Shown one piece after another: positions 30,055 through 39,426 of a DNA stretch of 64,000 nt. The notes under the pieces are model-generated. The model saw only the letters and a program-made list of their open reading frames with translations, was not told the DNA's origin and searched no databases. Position numbers and translations under genes: made by a program. Source of the DNA: a virus (taxonomy: Duplodnaviria > Caudoviricetes). How positions within the stretch are numbered: position 1 is the first letter of the stretch; each line of letters opens with the position of its first letter. Location of the stretch: the IMG/VR virus record IMGVR_UViG_2934734009_000001, positions 1-64,000 of that record; one strand, 5' to 3'.

Positions 30055-30389
30055 CCCGCCACCTCCAAAAGCCGCACCGTCTGCCCCGACAGCGGACCGG
30101 CCTCCTGAACATCGAGCGGAACCCCGTCGACCTCCCAGGTACGCCCGTCCCACTCGACGCGCTGCCACTCCGACACCTTCGGGGCACGGCGAGGCATGAA
30201 CAGCTGGGCGACAGTGGCCGTCTGGTCCTTCGCTTCCTTCGACTCCGAGGAAGACGAGTAGTCGACGGTGCACCCGTACACCGGAGTCCGGGTGGCATGC
30301 GCCCAGTCCCGCACCTGCGTGTTGTAGTCCCCGCCGACCAGCGGCGCGTCGACGAGCACGACGGTTTGGCGTCCGATATGGCCCGGCAT
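30051..30389 (-). CDS. Head closure / head-tail adaptor (stopper)
   Basis: Y....DW, RVEWDGRTWEVDG-P; position. Confidence 0.8.
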   Translation of the reverse strand: MPGHIGRQTVVLVDAPLVGGDYNTQVRDWAHATRTPVYGCTVDYSSSSESKEAKDQTATVAQLFMPRRAPKVSEWQRVEWDGRTWEVDGVPLDVQEAGPLSGQTVRLLEVAG

Positions 30390-30760
30390 CAGCCCACCAC
30401 CAGCGGATCGAACCGGAACAGACCGCAGGTGCGCAGCAGGTCCGCCACGGCTGCGGCGAGCTTCTGCGACTGCTCCCCGTCCCTCAACGGGCGCTTCGAG
30501 AACGACCTGATCCCCGTCGACATCGACTGCAGGTCCGACTGGGCCTCGGTTTCGTCGCCGCGCTCCAGCATCCAGTGCACCTGCTGGACCGTCGCCTGCC
30601 GCAGCACCTCCACGACTTCGGCGTCGTCGCGGTCGTACCACGCCCCAAGCAGGGCGCGGTCAATACGCTGCGACGCCAACGCCAACAGGCGCACAGCGCT
30701 CGGCGGGGCCGGCTCGGGGGCCAGCCACGCCGCGAGGTCGGGGACGGTTGCGTAGGGCAC
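30389..30760 (-). CDS. Head-tail connector protein
   Basis: YATV-DL, LL--AS--ID, AT--Q; position. Confidence 0.8.
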   Translation of the reverse strand: MPYATVPDLAAWLAPEPAPPSAVRLLALASQRIDRALLGAWYDRDDAEVVEVLRQATVQQVHWMLERGDETEAQSDLQSMSTGIRSFSKRPLRDGEQSQKLAAAVADLLRTCGLFRFDPLVVG

Positions 30761-30763
30761 CGG

Positions 30764-31084
30764 CTACTCCTGGCCCTCTTCGGCGTCCTCGATGACCTGG
30801 ACGTACTCCTGGCAGTCCTTCTTCGTGGCCGCCGCCGCGTCATCCTCAGGCATGCCGAGGCTGGCCGCGTAGAACCGCCAGTCGTCGACCTTCGCGGTCG
30901 CCGACGGCTTCGCTACTGCGGCGTCCAGGCCGGAAGGCTCCGGCACCTCGGCAACCTCCGAATCCGAAGCATCGCCGACGCGAGACAGCTGCCCGCTCGA
31001 AAGCTGCTTCGCCATTTCCGAGTTGAGCGGCTCATCGAGCAGCACGACCAGTCCGCCCGGACCTCGGTACTCGCCCGCCGCCAT
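30764..31084 (-). CDS. Hypothetical head-region protein
   Basis: KP--TA-VDDW--YA....TKKD C-terminal motif; coupled. Confidence 0.7.
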   Translation of the reverse strand: MAAGEYRGPGGLVVLLDEPLNSEMAKQLSSGQLSRVGDASDSEVAEVPEPSGLDAAVAKPSATAKVDDWRFYAASLGMPEDDAAAATKKDCQEYVQVIEDAEEGQE

Positions 31085-31461
31085 CAGAGCGCCCGCGGGA
31101 GCTTGAAGACGGTGATCGCACCGGTGTGGCCGGACGCGAAGTCGACGTGCAGCTTGGATCCCTGCTGCTGGAACCGGGCCGATGTGAACGGGCCCAGCCA
31201 CTCCACACCGGAGGTGAGGGCCACAGACTGCACCAGGTCCCCCTGGCCAGCCATCCACGCGGCCGTACCGGAACCGGCCTTGACAGTGACGTTCTTCGCC
31301 GAGCCGGCAGTGTTCGTGACCCGGATCAGCGTGTGCTCCGGGTCGACGTTGTTGATGACGACCCCGTTCGTGACGAGCGTGGAGTCGATCGTGGTCCCCG
31401 CCGGGTCGGTGAGGTGGTTGTTCGGAACGAGGGGCGTGTACGAGACTGCGGTGCGAGGCAT
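31084..31461 (-). CDS. Putative capsid decoration protein
   Basis: Small beta-rich protein directly after the major capsid gene. Confidence 0.65.
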   Translation of the reverse strand: MPRTAVSYTPLVPNNHLTDPAGTTIDSTLVTNGVVINNVDPEHTLIRVTNTAGSAKNVTVKAGSGTAAWMAGQGDLVQSVALTSGVEWLGPFTSARFQQQGSKLHVDFASGHTGAITVFKLPRAL

Positions 31462-31512
31462 GGGTGGGCTCCCGGGTCTGGGTCAGAGTGGCTGCGAAGG
31501 TGCGCGGGCGAG

Positions 31513-32370
31513 TTACGCCGGGTCGATGAAGGCCACAGCGATGCCGGTCGGGCGCACGAGCTTCGCGCCGTACACGTGGAGGCCACGGACCGCGTCCGCG
31601 AACGTGTTCGGGAGCCGGAGCGCCTCGGTCTCCAGGATCTGGTCGGCGTAGGTGATCGCGCCCGGGTAGCCGGCCTGGATGACCTGGACGTCGCCGGTGG
31701 GGTTGGGGGCGTTGTTCGACATGAGGATGTCGAAGCCGGCGGCGCGGCCGATGATGCCGTTGCGGAGACCCTCGCTGGTGCCGGAGGCGTCGACCTTCAC
31801 GAAGCGGTCGTCCTGGAGGAGGCTTCCCTCCAGCTCCGGGGTGATGACGACGTAGCGACCCTCGGTGGGAACGCTGGCCCGATTGAGCCTGACGCGCAGC
31901 GGGATGAGCACCTTGTTGTAGGCGTCCGTCGGCGCGGTGAACGTGTTGACCGGGGCGCCCGTCGAGCCGACCGCGTTGGCGGCGGCGACCCCGGTGTAGA
32001 GGCTGGCCACGTAGGCGTCGGCGGCGTCGCGCATCTTGTACGCCGAGTTCGTCGCCATCTTCGTCATCGGGTTGACGCGGGCCTGCGCCTTGTCGACGTC
32101 GTCGAGCTTGAACGCGAAGAACTTCTTCCGGTCGATGATCAGGTCGACGCCCGCGGTCTCGATCTCTTCGTAGTTGAGGTCGATGTTGGGGTCGTAGTCG
32201 CTGACCGTCGGGTCACCGATGGTCGTGATGTGGACGGACTGGCCGAAGTTCTGGATCTCGCCTTCGTAGTCGCTGTTGACGAGCTGCGGCTGGGCGTAGA
32301 CGAGGCTGTTGCGGAGGGCGTCGAGGAGCAGTGCGCTCCAGATCTCCGGCTTGAAGTTGGCGACGGACAA
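31513..32370 (-). CDS. Major capsid protein
   Basis: FKPEIWS, DYEGEI, G-SVHI, GFDILMSNN, DAVRGLHVYGAK--RP. Confidence 0.93.
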   Translation of the reverse strand: MSVANFKPEIWSALLLDALRNSLVYAQPQLVNSDYEGEIQNFGQSVHITTIGDPTVSDYDPNIDLNYEEIETAGVDLIIDRKKFFAFKLDDVDKAQARVNPMTKMATNSAYKMRDAADAYVASLYTGVAAANAVGSTGAPVNTFTAPTDAYNKVLIPLRVRLNRASVPTEGRYVVITPELEGSLLQDDRFVKVDASGTSEGLRNGIIGRAAGFDILMSNNAPNPTGDVQVIQAGYPGAITYADQILETEALRLPNTFADAVRGLHVYGAKLVRPTGIAVAFIDPA

Positions 32371-32385
32371 GGGAGGCTCCTAGGG

Positions 32386-33180
32386 TCAGCCTCCGCCACC
32401 CAGGTAGGCGGCGAAGCGCCCTTCCTTGACGGCTTTGGCGATCTGTTCGGGTGTCATGCGCTTGCGGTCCTCCGCGCCCAGCTGCCGCTTACCTCCGCCG
32501 GCCCCGTCCATCGGTGCGCCACCTGCGGGGGCGGGCGCCGGCTCCTTCGGCTGCGGCGCCTTGGCCGCGAGCTTGGAGTTGGTGTCGACTGCCGTCTTCA
32601 CCGCCTTGCCGACCTGTTCGTCGAAGTCGGCCGCTGTCGGGTCGAGCTTCGAGATGGCGTTGGCGAAGGAACGTGAGTCGAGCAGTGCGTCGGGGTCGCC
32701 GCCGTACTTCCCAGCCGTCTTGTAGACGGCGAGTTCCACCTGCGTCTGGCGGGCCTGCGCGCGGGACTCCTTGGTCTCTCCGCGGGCCTCGTCCAGCTGC
32801 TGAGCGAGCTCTTCGGGGGTGGGCGGCTTGGCCTCGTCGGTCTCCAGGCCGAACGCTGCGGCGACCTTCTTCATGAAGGCCGTCTGCTCGTCGGCTGCTC
32901 TCTGCTTGTCCTCGGCGCGCTTCTGCTTCTGCTCGTCGACCTCCGTGCGGAGGCTTTCGATCGCTCGCATGGCGCGCTCGGGGTCGAAGTCGCCGTCGAA
33001 CTTGGGCGCCTTGGCCTTGGGTTCGTTGGGCTTCGGTTCAGAGACCGGCTCGGTGGGCGTAGTGGGTGCGGCCGGCTCTGGCGGAGTCGGTGCGGCCGGG
33101 GGCGCGGGCGGGGTGGCCGGCTGGGTGCCGGGGTCCGGTGTCGTTCCCTCGGGTGCTGCGGGCTGGGCGGGGGTGCTCAT
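32386..33180 (-). CDS. Capsid scaffolding protein
   Basis: Pro-rich N-terminus, coiled coil, DPDALLDSRSF, MTPEQI-KA--EGR; precedes the capsid gene. Confidence 0.85.
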   Translation of the reverse strand: MSTPAQPAAPEGTTPDPGTQPATPPAPPAAPTPPEPAAPTTPTEPVSEPKPNEPKAKAPKFDGDFDPERAMRAIESLRTEVDEQKQKRAEDKQRAADEQTAFMKKVAAAFGLETDEAKPPTPEELAQQLDEARGETKESRAQARQTQVELAVYKTAGKYGGDPDALLDSRSFANAISKLDPTAADFDEQVGKAVKTAVDTNSKLAAKAPQPKEPAPAPAGGAPMDGAGGGKRQLGAEDRKRMTPEQIAKAVKEGRFAAYLGGGG

Positions 33181-33249
33181 CTCGGTGCCTCCTTGGGCGG
33201 CCTACACGCTGGTGCGACACCTTGTTCGCTGGCGTGTTAGCCCAGATGT

Positions 33250-33326
33250 TAACCCTGAACCCACCACAATGCTGCACAATCAAAGGTCATAGCGCAAGAT
33301 GTCCTTAGAATCCAAGGATCAAGGGG
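33250..33326. promoter_or_regulatory. Divergent promoter region between the head operon and the packaging module
   Basis: AT-richer gap containing AATCAAAGGTCA, GAATCCAAGGATCAAGGGG and TAACCCTGAACC, related to the 13.9 kb motif. Confidence 0.55.
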
Positions 33327-34205
33327 GTGGGTGGGGTGGTCAGCAGCAACCGCATAGCCGACGCGGCACGGCAACTCCCCGCCGCCCTGCGCCGCATCGA
33401 ACAGCAAGCCGCCCGCGACGCCGCAGCGCCCCTCGCCCAGGCCCTCACCGGCGCTCAGCAGGCAGCCACCCGGCAATGGCTCCACGCCACCGACCGGCAG
33501 ACCCTCCCGTCACCCAGCGCCCTAGACCGGCTCATCGCAGCCATCAAGCAACTCCTCGCCGACGCGTTCCGCGGCAAAGGCAAGCTGGCCGCCGACACCA
33601 TCCGCATCGCCGCGTTCAACTCGGCCCAGCTCAGCGCCCGCCAAGCGTCCGCGCTCGCCACCGCCATGAGCGGAGAACCCACCCCGCCGATGCAGCCCGT
33701 CATCGGCCCGGAGGCCGCCACCGCCGCCGACGCTGTTCCCGCCGCAGTCGAAGACGAACATCAGCGGGCCCTCGCGCTCCTAACCGCGGCCAGCGTCACC
33801 GCCCTCGGATTCGCAGGCGTCACAGGAGTGTTCAACCGGGCCCGGCGCGCCGTTACCCGCATCAGCCGGCACGCCGCCGTCGCCGTCACCAGCGCCGCTG
33901 CACACGCCGCCACCGCCGTTGCCCGCGCCATCGGGCCCACCACCCGGCTCCTCTGGGTCGCCGAACCCGGGGCATGCCCTGCCTGTGGCGCCTACGCCGG
34001 GCGCAGCGTCGTCGCCGGCCGCCGGTTTCCCGCCGCCCTCAGCCTCGACCCGCGGCGCACCGTATTCGCCACCGCCCCCACCGGGCCCCCGCTGCACCCG
34101 CACTGCCAGTGCTGGACGATCCCCTACTCCCCCACCTGGCCCGTCGACGGCACACCACTACCCGCCCTACTGCGCCGGGCCGCACGAACCGAACGGAGGG
34201 TCTGA
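33327..34205 (+). CDS. Minor head morphogenesis protein (MuF/gp7-like)
   Basis: WVAE-GAC-AC...PPLHPHCQC. Confidence 0.8.
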   Translation: MGGVVSSNRIADAARQLPAALRRIEQQAARDAAAPLAQALTGAQQAATRQWLHATDRQTLPSPSALDRLIAAIKQLLADAFRGKGKLAADTIRIAAFNSAQLSARQASALATAMSGEPTPPMQPVIGPEAATAADAVPAAVEDEHQRALALLTAASVTALGFAGVTGVFNRARRAVTRISRHAAVAVTSAAAHAATAVARAIGPTTRLLWVAEPGACPACGAYAGRSVVAGRRFPAALSLDPRRTVFATAPTGPPLHPHCQCWTIPYSPTWPVDGTPLPALLRRAARTERRV

Positions 34206-34753
34206 TGGCTGACGACATTGAGGAGGCCGACGTGCCCCAAGGCGTAATGGCCTCCAGCAAGTGGAAGCGGTTCCGTGAACTGCACACCCAAGGGCTCGGC
34301 CGCAACGCAATCTCCCGCGAGATGGGGATCTGCTTTGCGGTGGTGTCGCGGACTGCAGAACACCTGGAGCTCACCTTCGACCGGTCGCGCATCGAGGCCG
34401 CAACGGCCGCGCGCCTCGCCGACCTTGCTGAGCGGCGCAGCATCCTTGCTGAGCAACTCACCAGCGACGCCGAACGCCTCCGGAAGAAGCTGTGGGAGCC
34501 GACGTTCGTGTACGCCTTCGGCGGGGCGCAGAACATCTACAACAGCGAGCCCGTCGACGAACCGCCGCCTGCCGACAAACGCTCCCTCATGAGCACCGCT
34601 GGCATAGCCATCGATAAGTCAATCAAGCTCGCGCCGGCGGAGACCAGCGGTAGCGGAGCGGATGACGCCAAGTCCATGCTCGGGAAGCTCGCACAGGGCA
34701 TTGCGGAGATCGCCAACCAGCCTGACGAAACACCCCTAGAGGGCGAGCAGTGA
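34205..34753 (+). CDS. Terminase small subunit (HTH)
   Basis: ELH-QG-GRN-I-RE HTH, FDR, GIAIDKS, AKSMLGKL; upstream of TerL. Confidence 0.75.
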   Translation: MADDIEEADVPQGVMASSKWKRFRELHTQGLGRNAISREMGICFAVVSRTAEHLELTFDRSRIEAATAARLADLAERRSILAEQLTSDAERLRKKLWEPTFVYAFGGAQNIYNSEPVDEPPPADKRSLMSTAGIAIDKSIKLAPAETSGSGADDAKSMLGKLAQGIAEIANQPDETPLEGEQ

Positions 34754-34878
34754 TGAGGCTCGCGACGGCCCCAAGTCGCGTCAAAATTGGTAGAATTGGC
34801 AGGTCAAACTACATACAGGACCCCCGCGACGGCTGGAACCGTCCGGGGGCGCGGCCGACACTTCAGAGGAGTGCCGAC

Positions 34879-35724
34879 ATGACCAAGCGTACCTGCGACG
34901 TGCCTGAATGCGAAGAGATCCACTACGGGCGCGGGTGGTGCAGACTGCATTACCACCGCTGGTTTCACCACGGGAGCACAGACAAGCCAGTCCGGAAGCG
35001 CTCCATTGCGCCGCCGTGCAGTGTCGACGGATGCGAGCAGCCGTCCGCAGACAAGGGCCTCTGCTCTACCCACTGGCACGAGATGCGGGCGCGGCAAACC
35101 GCCACTCGGCAGAGCCCCAAGCCCCACGAGACCGCCCGGCATCACTCCGACACCGAGGCGGTCAAGCCAAAGGGCGATCGGATTTGCACCCGTGGCGACT
35201 GCGACAAGAACACCGCCGCTAAGGGGCTTTGCAGTTGGCACTACCAGCTGGCCCGAGACGCCCGCCAGCCTGCCTGTTCGGTCGACGGGTGTGAAAGGCC
35301 GGAGCGAGCCAAGGGGCTGTGCCCTAACCACTACGCCTATAAGAGGAAGTACGGCATTCTCTCCCCGCAGTTCACGTGCGAGGGCTGCCGGAAGGTCTTC
35401 CCAGGGAGGGCGATTACTCGGCATTGCGTTGCTTGCAAGCCGACCCCCAACTTCTACGCCGTGGGGCGCAAAACGCGCCTGTCAATCAACAATGCGGGCA
35501 TGACCGACGCCGACCACGAGGAGTCGGCCGCGTACCGGCAGATCATCAAGGGAGACCCCTGCGTGTACTGCGGGGCCACCAGCGTGGCCATTGACCACGT
35601 CACCCCCGTCATCGAAGGGGGAACTGACCTCTGGGTCAACTTGGCCCCCGTCTGCAAGCCCTGCAACTCCTCGAAGAGGAGCCGGTCTGTCCTGACCGTC
35701 CTTCTCGACAGGCTCACGCCATGA
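34879..35724 (+). CDS. HNH endonuclease with repeated Zn-finger units
   Basis: Four C-x-[VR]-xx-C...G[LW]C--H units; CVYCG..IDHV-P...GG...NL--VCKPCN-SK. Confidence 0.9.
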   Translation: MTKRTCDVPECEEIHYGRGWCRLHYHRWFHHGSTDKPVRKRSIAPPCSVDGCEQPSADKGLCSTHWHEMRARQTATRQSPKPHETARHHSDTEAVKPKGDRICTRGDCDKNTAAKGLCSWHYQLARDARQPACSVDGCERPERAKGLCPNHYAYKRKYGILSPQFTCEGCRKVFPGRAITRHCVACKPTPNFYAVGRKTRLSINNAGMTDADHEESAAYRQIIKGDPCVYCGATSVAIDHVTPVIEGGTDLWVNLAPVCKPCNSSKRSRSVLTVLLDRLTP

Positions 35725-36974
35725 GCCGGGCCGCAATCGACTTGCCGCTTTCGCGTAAGCAGCTCGACTTCATTGGTCGGTCGACTGCGCGCATCAACCT
35801 GGCCCATGGTTCGGTGCGTAGTGGCAAGTCGATCGCGGTCACGCTGGCATTTTTCATCGCGGTATCGCAGGCTCCGGCTTCAGGCCTCATTTTGATCGTC
35901 GGGCGCTCGCTGCAGACGATCGAGCGGAACGTGCTGGAACCAATGCAGGACCCCGAGCTATTCGGCTCGCTCGCTCAAGAGGTAGTCCACACTCGCGGCG
36001 CCACGACTGCCGTGATCCTGGGGCGAACCGTGCACTTGGTTGGCGCCTCCGACGCGCGAGCGGAGGGTCGCCTCCGAGGGCTTACTGCCTGCCTGGCCAT
36101 GGCCGACGAGCTGACCCTTCTGCCTGAGGGGTTCGTGAAGCAGCTGCTAGGGCGCCTCAGTGTCCCAAATGCCCAACTTTACGCGAGTACGAACCCGGAT
36201 AGCCCCAGTCACTGGGTGCGCCGTGACTTCCTCGCCCGCGAAAGTGAGCTGGACTTGCGTTCGTGGCACTTCACTCTCAAGGACAACCCAAGCCTCACCC
36301 AGGAATACATCGACAACCTCAGCACCGAGTACACCGGCCTGTGGCGGAAGCGGTTCCTCGAAGGGCTCTGGGTGGCCGCCGAAGGCGCCATCTACGACAT
36401 GTGGGACGAAGGCCAGCACGTCGTCGACGCCCTCCCTCGAATGCATCGCTGGCTCGCCGTGGGGGTCGACTACGGCACGACAAACGCCTTCGCAGCAGTA
36501 CTGCTCGGCCTCGGTATCGATCGCCGACTGTACGTGGCCTCCGAGTGGCGGTACGACGCGCGTCACCAGCGGAGGCAACTGACCGACTTTGAGTACTCGG
36601 AGCGCCTTCGGGGTTGGCTGCGAGACGTCCCCGGTATCGGCCCGGTCCGCCCGCAGTTCGTGACTGTCGACCCGTCCGCGGCGTCTTTCATTCAGCAGCT
36701 CAGGCGGGACAAGCTCACGCCAACACCAGCCAAGAACTCCGTGCTGGACGGCATCCGCACCGTCTCCTCGCTGTTCGCAACCGACCGACTCAAGGTGCAT
36801 GCCTCGTGCCAAGAGCTGATCGCCGAAATCAGCGGCTACGCCTGGGACGACACCGCCGCTGGGAAGGGCGAGGACAAGCCGATCAAGGCAGCAGACCACA
36901 GCTGCGACGCGCTCAGGTACGGAATTTTTACCACCCGCGCTCTGTGGCAGCGCCAGCTCGCCCAAGCCGCTTAG
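35721..36974 (+). CDS. terL: Terminase large subunit (PBSX-like)
   Basis: GSVRSGKS Walker A, ADE Walker B, STNPD, VDYGTTN, DPSA, DHSCDALRY. Confidence 0.95.
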   Translation: MSRAAIDLPLSRKQLDFIGRSTARINLAHGSVRSGKSIAVTLAFFIAVSQAPASGLILIVGRSLQTIERNVLEPMQDPELFGSLAQEVVHTRGATTAVILGRTVHLVGASDARAEGRLRGLTACLAMADELTLLPEGFVKQLLGRLSVPNAQLYASTNPDSPSHWVRRDFLARESELDLRSWHFTLKDNPSLTQEYIDNLSTEYTGLWRKRFLEGLWVAAEGAIYDMWDEGQHVVDALPRMHRWLAVGVDYGTTNAFAAVLLGLGIDRRLYVASEWRYDARHQRRQLTDFEYSERLRGWLRDVPGIGPVRPQFVTVDPSAASFIQQLRRDKLTPTPAKNSVLDGIRTVSSLFATDRLKVHASCQELIAEISGYAWDDTAAGKGEDKPIKAADHSCDALRYGIFTTRALWQRQLAQAA

Positions 36975-36987
36975 GAAGGACTCTGTC

Positions 36988-38682
36988 ATGCCGCTGCCTC
37001 CGTCTGGGAACACCCCGTGGCCCCCGCCTCGCCTGGATATCCCGCACGCCGACATGGACATGTGGCGGGCCTGGTACGCCGGCGACACCGGGCATCTGGC
37101 GCAGGTGTACGGCGGGACGGCCGCCTACACGCGGAATGGTGTGGCCCGCGCGTTCTTCGACGTCGACAAGCGGCGGGCGGTGGGTGGTGACGAGCTCAGG
37201 ATGTTCTGGGGGCAGGAGCCGTCACCCGGCCAGCAGGCGGCGAAGCTGCATGTGCCGATCGGCGGGGACATTGCGGAGATGTCCGCGAACCTGCTGTGGG
37301 CGGAGGTGCCGCAGGTCACCGTCGACGTTGACTCGACGGACAAGGCTACGGCCGCGTCGACGCAGGCGCAGATCGGCCGGTACTTGGATGACCGGGGGCA
37401 CGCGAAGATGCGTGAGGCGGCCGAGCTGGCGGCCGGCTTGTCGAACGTGTACCTGCGGGCTGTGTGGGACACGTCGCTGCGCCCGCGGCCGTGGTCGGAT
37501 GTGATCCAGGCGAACGCCGTGGTGCCGGAGTGGCGGTGGGGGATGCTCGCCGCGGCGACGGTGTGGCGGGAGCTGGAGCCACTAGACGAGGACAGTGGCG
37601 TGTGGCGGCTGTTGGAGTACCACACCCCGGGGGCGATCGAGTACGGGGTGTATAAGGGCGACGGCCGCACCCTCGGCATGACCATGGCGTTCGCCGACCA
37701 TCACGAGACCGAGTTCCTGGTGAAGCGCACCGACAGCCAGGGGCGGCAGGCGACGGGGATTGACCGGCTGCTGATTACACACCTGCCGAACGTGCTGCCC
37801 AACCGGATCTGGGACGGGGTCGCGGACACCGCCCCGCTCGGCCGCTCCGACTACGCGGGCATCGAGCCGATGATGGACGCGCTCGATGAGAGCTGGACGT
37901 CATGGATGCGCGATCTGCGGCTCGGCAAGGCCAAGATCGTTGTCCCTCAGTCGATGCTGGATACGGACGGCGCTGGCTCGGGGGCGACGTTCGACCTGGA
38001 CAGGGAGGTCGTCGTCGCTCTGGGTGGCCTGATCGGCGCAGAGACGATGAAGGACTCGCTCACCGAGATCCAGTTCAAGATCCGGGTCGAGGAGCATGAG
38101 GCGACGACCAAGGCGCTGCGCCGCCAGATCCTGGCTTCGGCCGGCTACTCCGCCCAGTCCTACGGCGAGGAGGGGTCGGTGGCAGTGACCGCAACGGAGG
38201 TCGCAGCCCGCAAGGAAGAGAGCCTGACGACCCGCGGCCTGAAGATCCTGTATCAGCGGCCAGCACTGCTGGAGCATCTAACGACCCTGATGACGGTTGA
38301 CGTGACGCACTGCGGGGCGAAGGGTGTGGACCCGACAGCAGAGCTGACCGCGTCGTGGCCTCAGGCGGTGCAGCCGGACCCGGAGGCGACGGCGCGCACG
38401 CTGTCGTTGCTGGAGTCGGCGGGTGCGATCAGCACGTACATGAAGGTGAAGATGCGGAGCCCTGAGCTGGACGAGCCGGAGGTGTTGGCGGAGGTCCGGC
38501 GGATCCGGGACGACAAGGCGCAGGCAACGCCAGCCGGGGACCCCTTCAATACGGACGGCGAGGCTCCGAACGAGGAGCAGCCGGACGACGAGGTCGAGCC
38601 CGGCTTCGATGAGGGCCAGGGCGAGGAGCCGGACGAGGAGGAGCCGGTGGGCGGGGGCTCGCGTCCGGAGCTGGCGGCTTAG
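36988..38682 (+). CDS. Portal protein
   Basis: AWY-GD, KLHVP, PN-LP, GRSDY, LDE-WTSWMRD-RLGK, TATEV; follows TerL. Confidence 0.92.
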   Translation: MPLPPSGNTPWPPPRLDIPHADMDMWRAWYAGDTGHLAQVYGGTAAYTRNGVARAFFDVDKRRAVGGDELRMFWGQEPSPGQQAAKLHVPIGGDIAEMSANLLWAEVPQVTVDVDSTDKATAASTQAQIGRYLDDRGHAKMREAAELAAGLSNVYLRAVWDTSLRPRPWSDVIQANAVVPEWRWGMLAAATVWRELEPLDEDSGVWRLLEYHTPGAIEYGVYKGDGRTLGMTMAFADHHETEFLVKRTDSQGRQATGIDRLLITHLPNVLPNRIWDGVADTAPLGRSDYAGIEPMMDALDESWTSWMRDLRLGKAKIVVPQSMLDTDGAGSGATFDLDREVVVALGGLIGAETMKDSLTEIQFKIRVEEHEATTKALRRQILASAGYSAQSYGEEGSVAVTATEVAARKEESLTTRGLKILYQRPALLEHLTTLMTVDVTHCGAKGVDPTAELTASWPQAVQPDPEATARTLSLLESAGAISTYMKVKMRSPELDEPEVLAEVRRIRDDKAQATPAGDPFNTDGEAPNEEQPDDEVEPGFDEGQGEEPDEEEPVGGGSRPELAA

Positions 38683-38843
38683 CGGCGGCGCGCACCCCTG
38701 CGGGCGGGGAGTGTGCGGTAGCCGGTGGTCTTGCCGTAGCTGCGCTTCCGGGCTCGGGCCCAGCGGTGCGCGAAGCGTTGACGGGTGGCGAAGGCCCAGC
38801 GCCACTGCGCCTGGGAGCGGACCTTGCCGCGCTGTCTGGCCAT
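38679..38843 (-). CDS. Small Arg-rich basic protein
   Basis: MARQRGKVRSQAQWRWAFATRQRFAHRWAR...; GGAG RBS. Confidence 0.7.
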   Translation of the reverse strand: MARQRGKVRSQAQWRWAFATRQRFAHRWARARKRSYGKTTGYRTLPARRGARRR

Positions 38844-38905
38844 GACGTTCTCCATTCGTTGACCTCCCTGGAGTGTTCCCGCCGACCACCTGCGCACAAC
38901 GCCTC

Positions 38906-38934
38906 GGGCCCGCCTGATGGTTCAGGGCGGGCCC
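38906..38934 (-). terminator. Hairpin at the end of the early minus-strand operon
   Basis: GGGCCCGCC...GGCGGGCCC. Confidence 0.5.
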
Positions 38935-38947
38935 AGGGTGGGGGTGG

Positions 38948-39169
38948 TCACATCTGCTGGAGGTCTTCGTTGTGCATGGCGAGGGCTTCGTCGGTGCTTG
39001 CCGCTTGGTCCACCGTGCCGTCGGGGAGAACGTGAGTGGCGGTGACGATGATCCATCCGCCGTCGGGGCGGAGGTGGATTCGGTGGTCGGCGTCGGGGTC
39101 TCGGTGCTCGGCGAGTAGGGCGACGATCTGGTCTCGGGGCAGGCTGATGCGCGGGTAGCTGGCCGTCAC
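38948..39169 (-). CDS. Hypothetical protein
   Basis: AGGAGG RBS, GTGA overlap. Confidence 0.7.
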   Translation of the reverse strand: MTASYPRISLPRDQIVALLAEHRDPDADHRIHLRPDGGWIIVTATHVLPDGTVDQAASTDEALAMHNEDLQQM

Positions 39170-39426
39170 ATGTCCTCCTGTACGTATCCGGTGCGGCGGG
39201 GTGTGCCGTCGCGGGTGGTGGCTGTGGTGTGGAGCTGGGTGACCTCGACGGCGCGGCGGCGGATCTCCCGACCGTTGTCGGTGATGGTGACGATGTCGAC
39301 CTTGTTGAGCCCGTAGACGCCTGGCTTGCCGATGAGCTCGTCGACGACCTTGATCCGGGTGTGCCGCTGTTGGGGGTCGGACTTGATCGGAGACGCGGAC
39401 CGGTAGGTCTGTCCGGGCTGGATCAT
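39166..39426 (-). CDS. Small SH3-like hypothetical protein (MIQPGQTYRS...RRTGY)
   Basis: ATGA overlap; beta-rich. Confidence 0.75.
   Translation of the reverse strand: MIQPGQTYRSASPIKSDPQQRHTRIKVVDELIGKPGVYGLNKVDIVTITDNGREIRRRAVEVTQLHTTATTRDGTPRRTGYVQEDM

Noticed and set aside
34750-35724. Group I intron or intein in the terminase
   Set aside because: terL is continuous from Walker A to the nuclease domain; the HNH is free-standing and no intron core is recognisable
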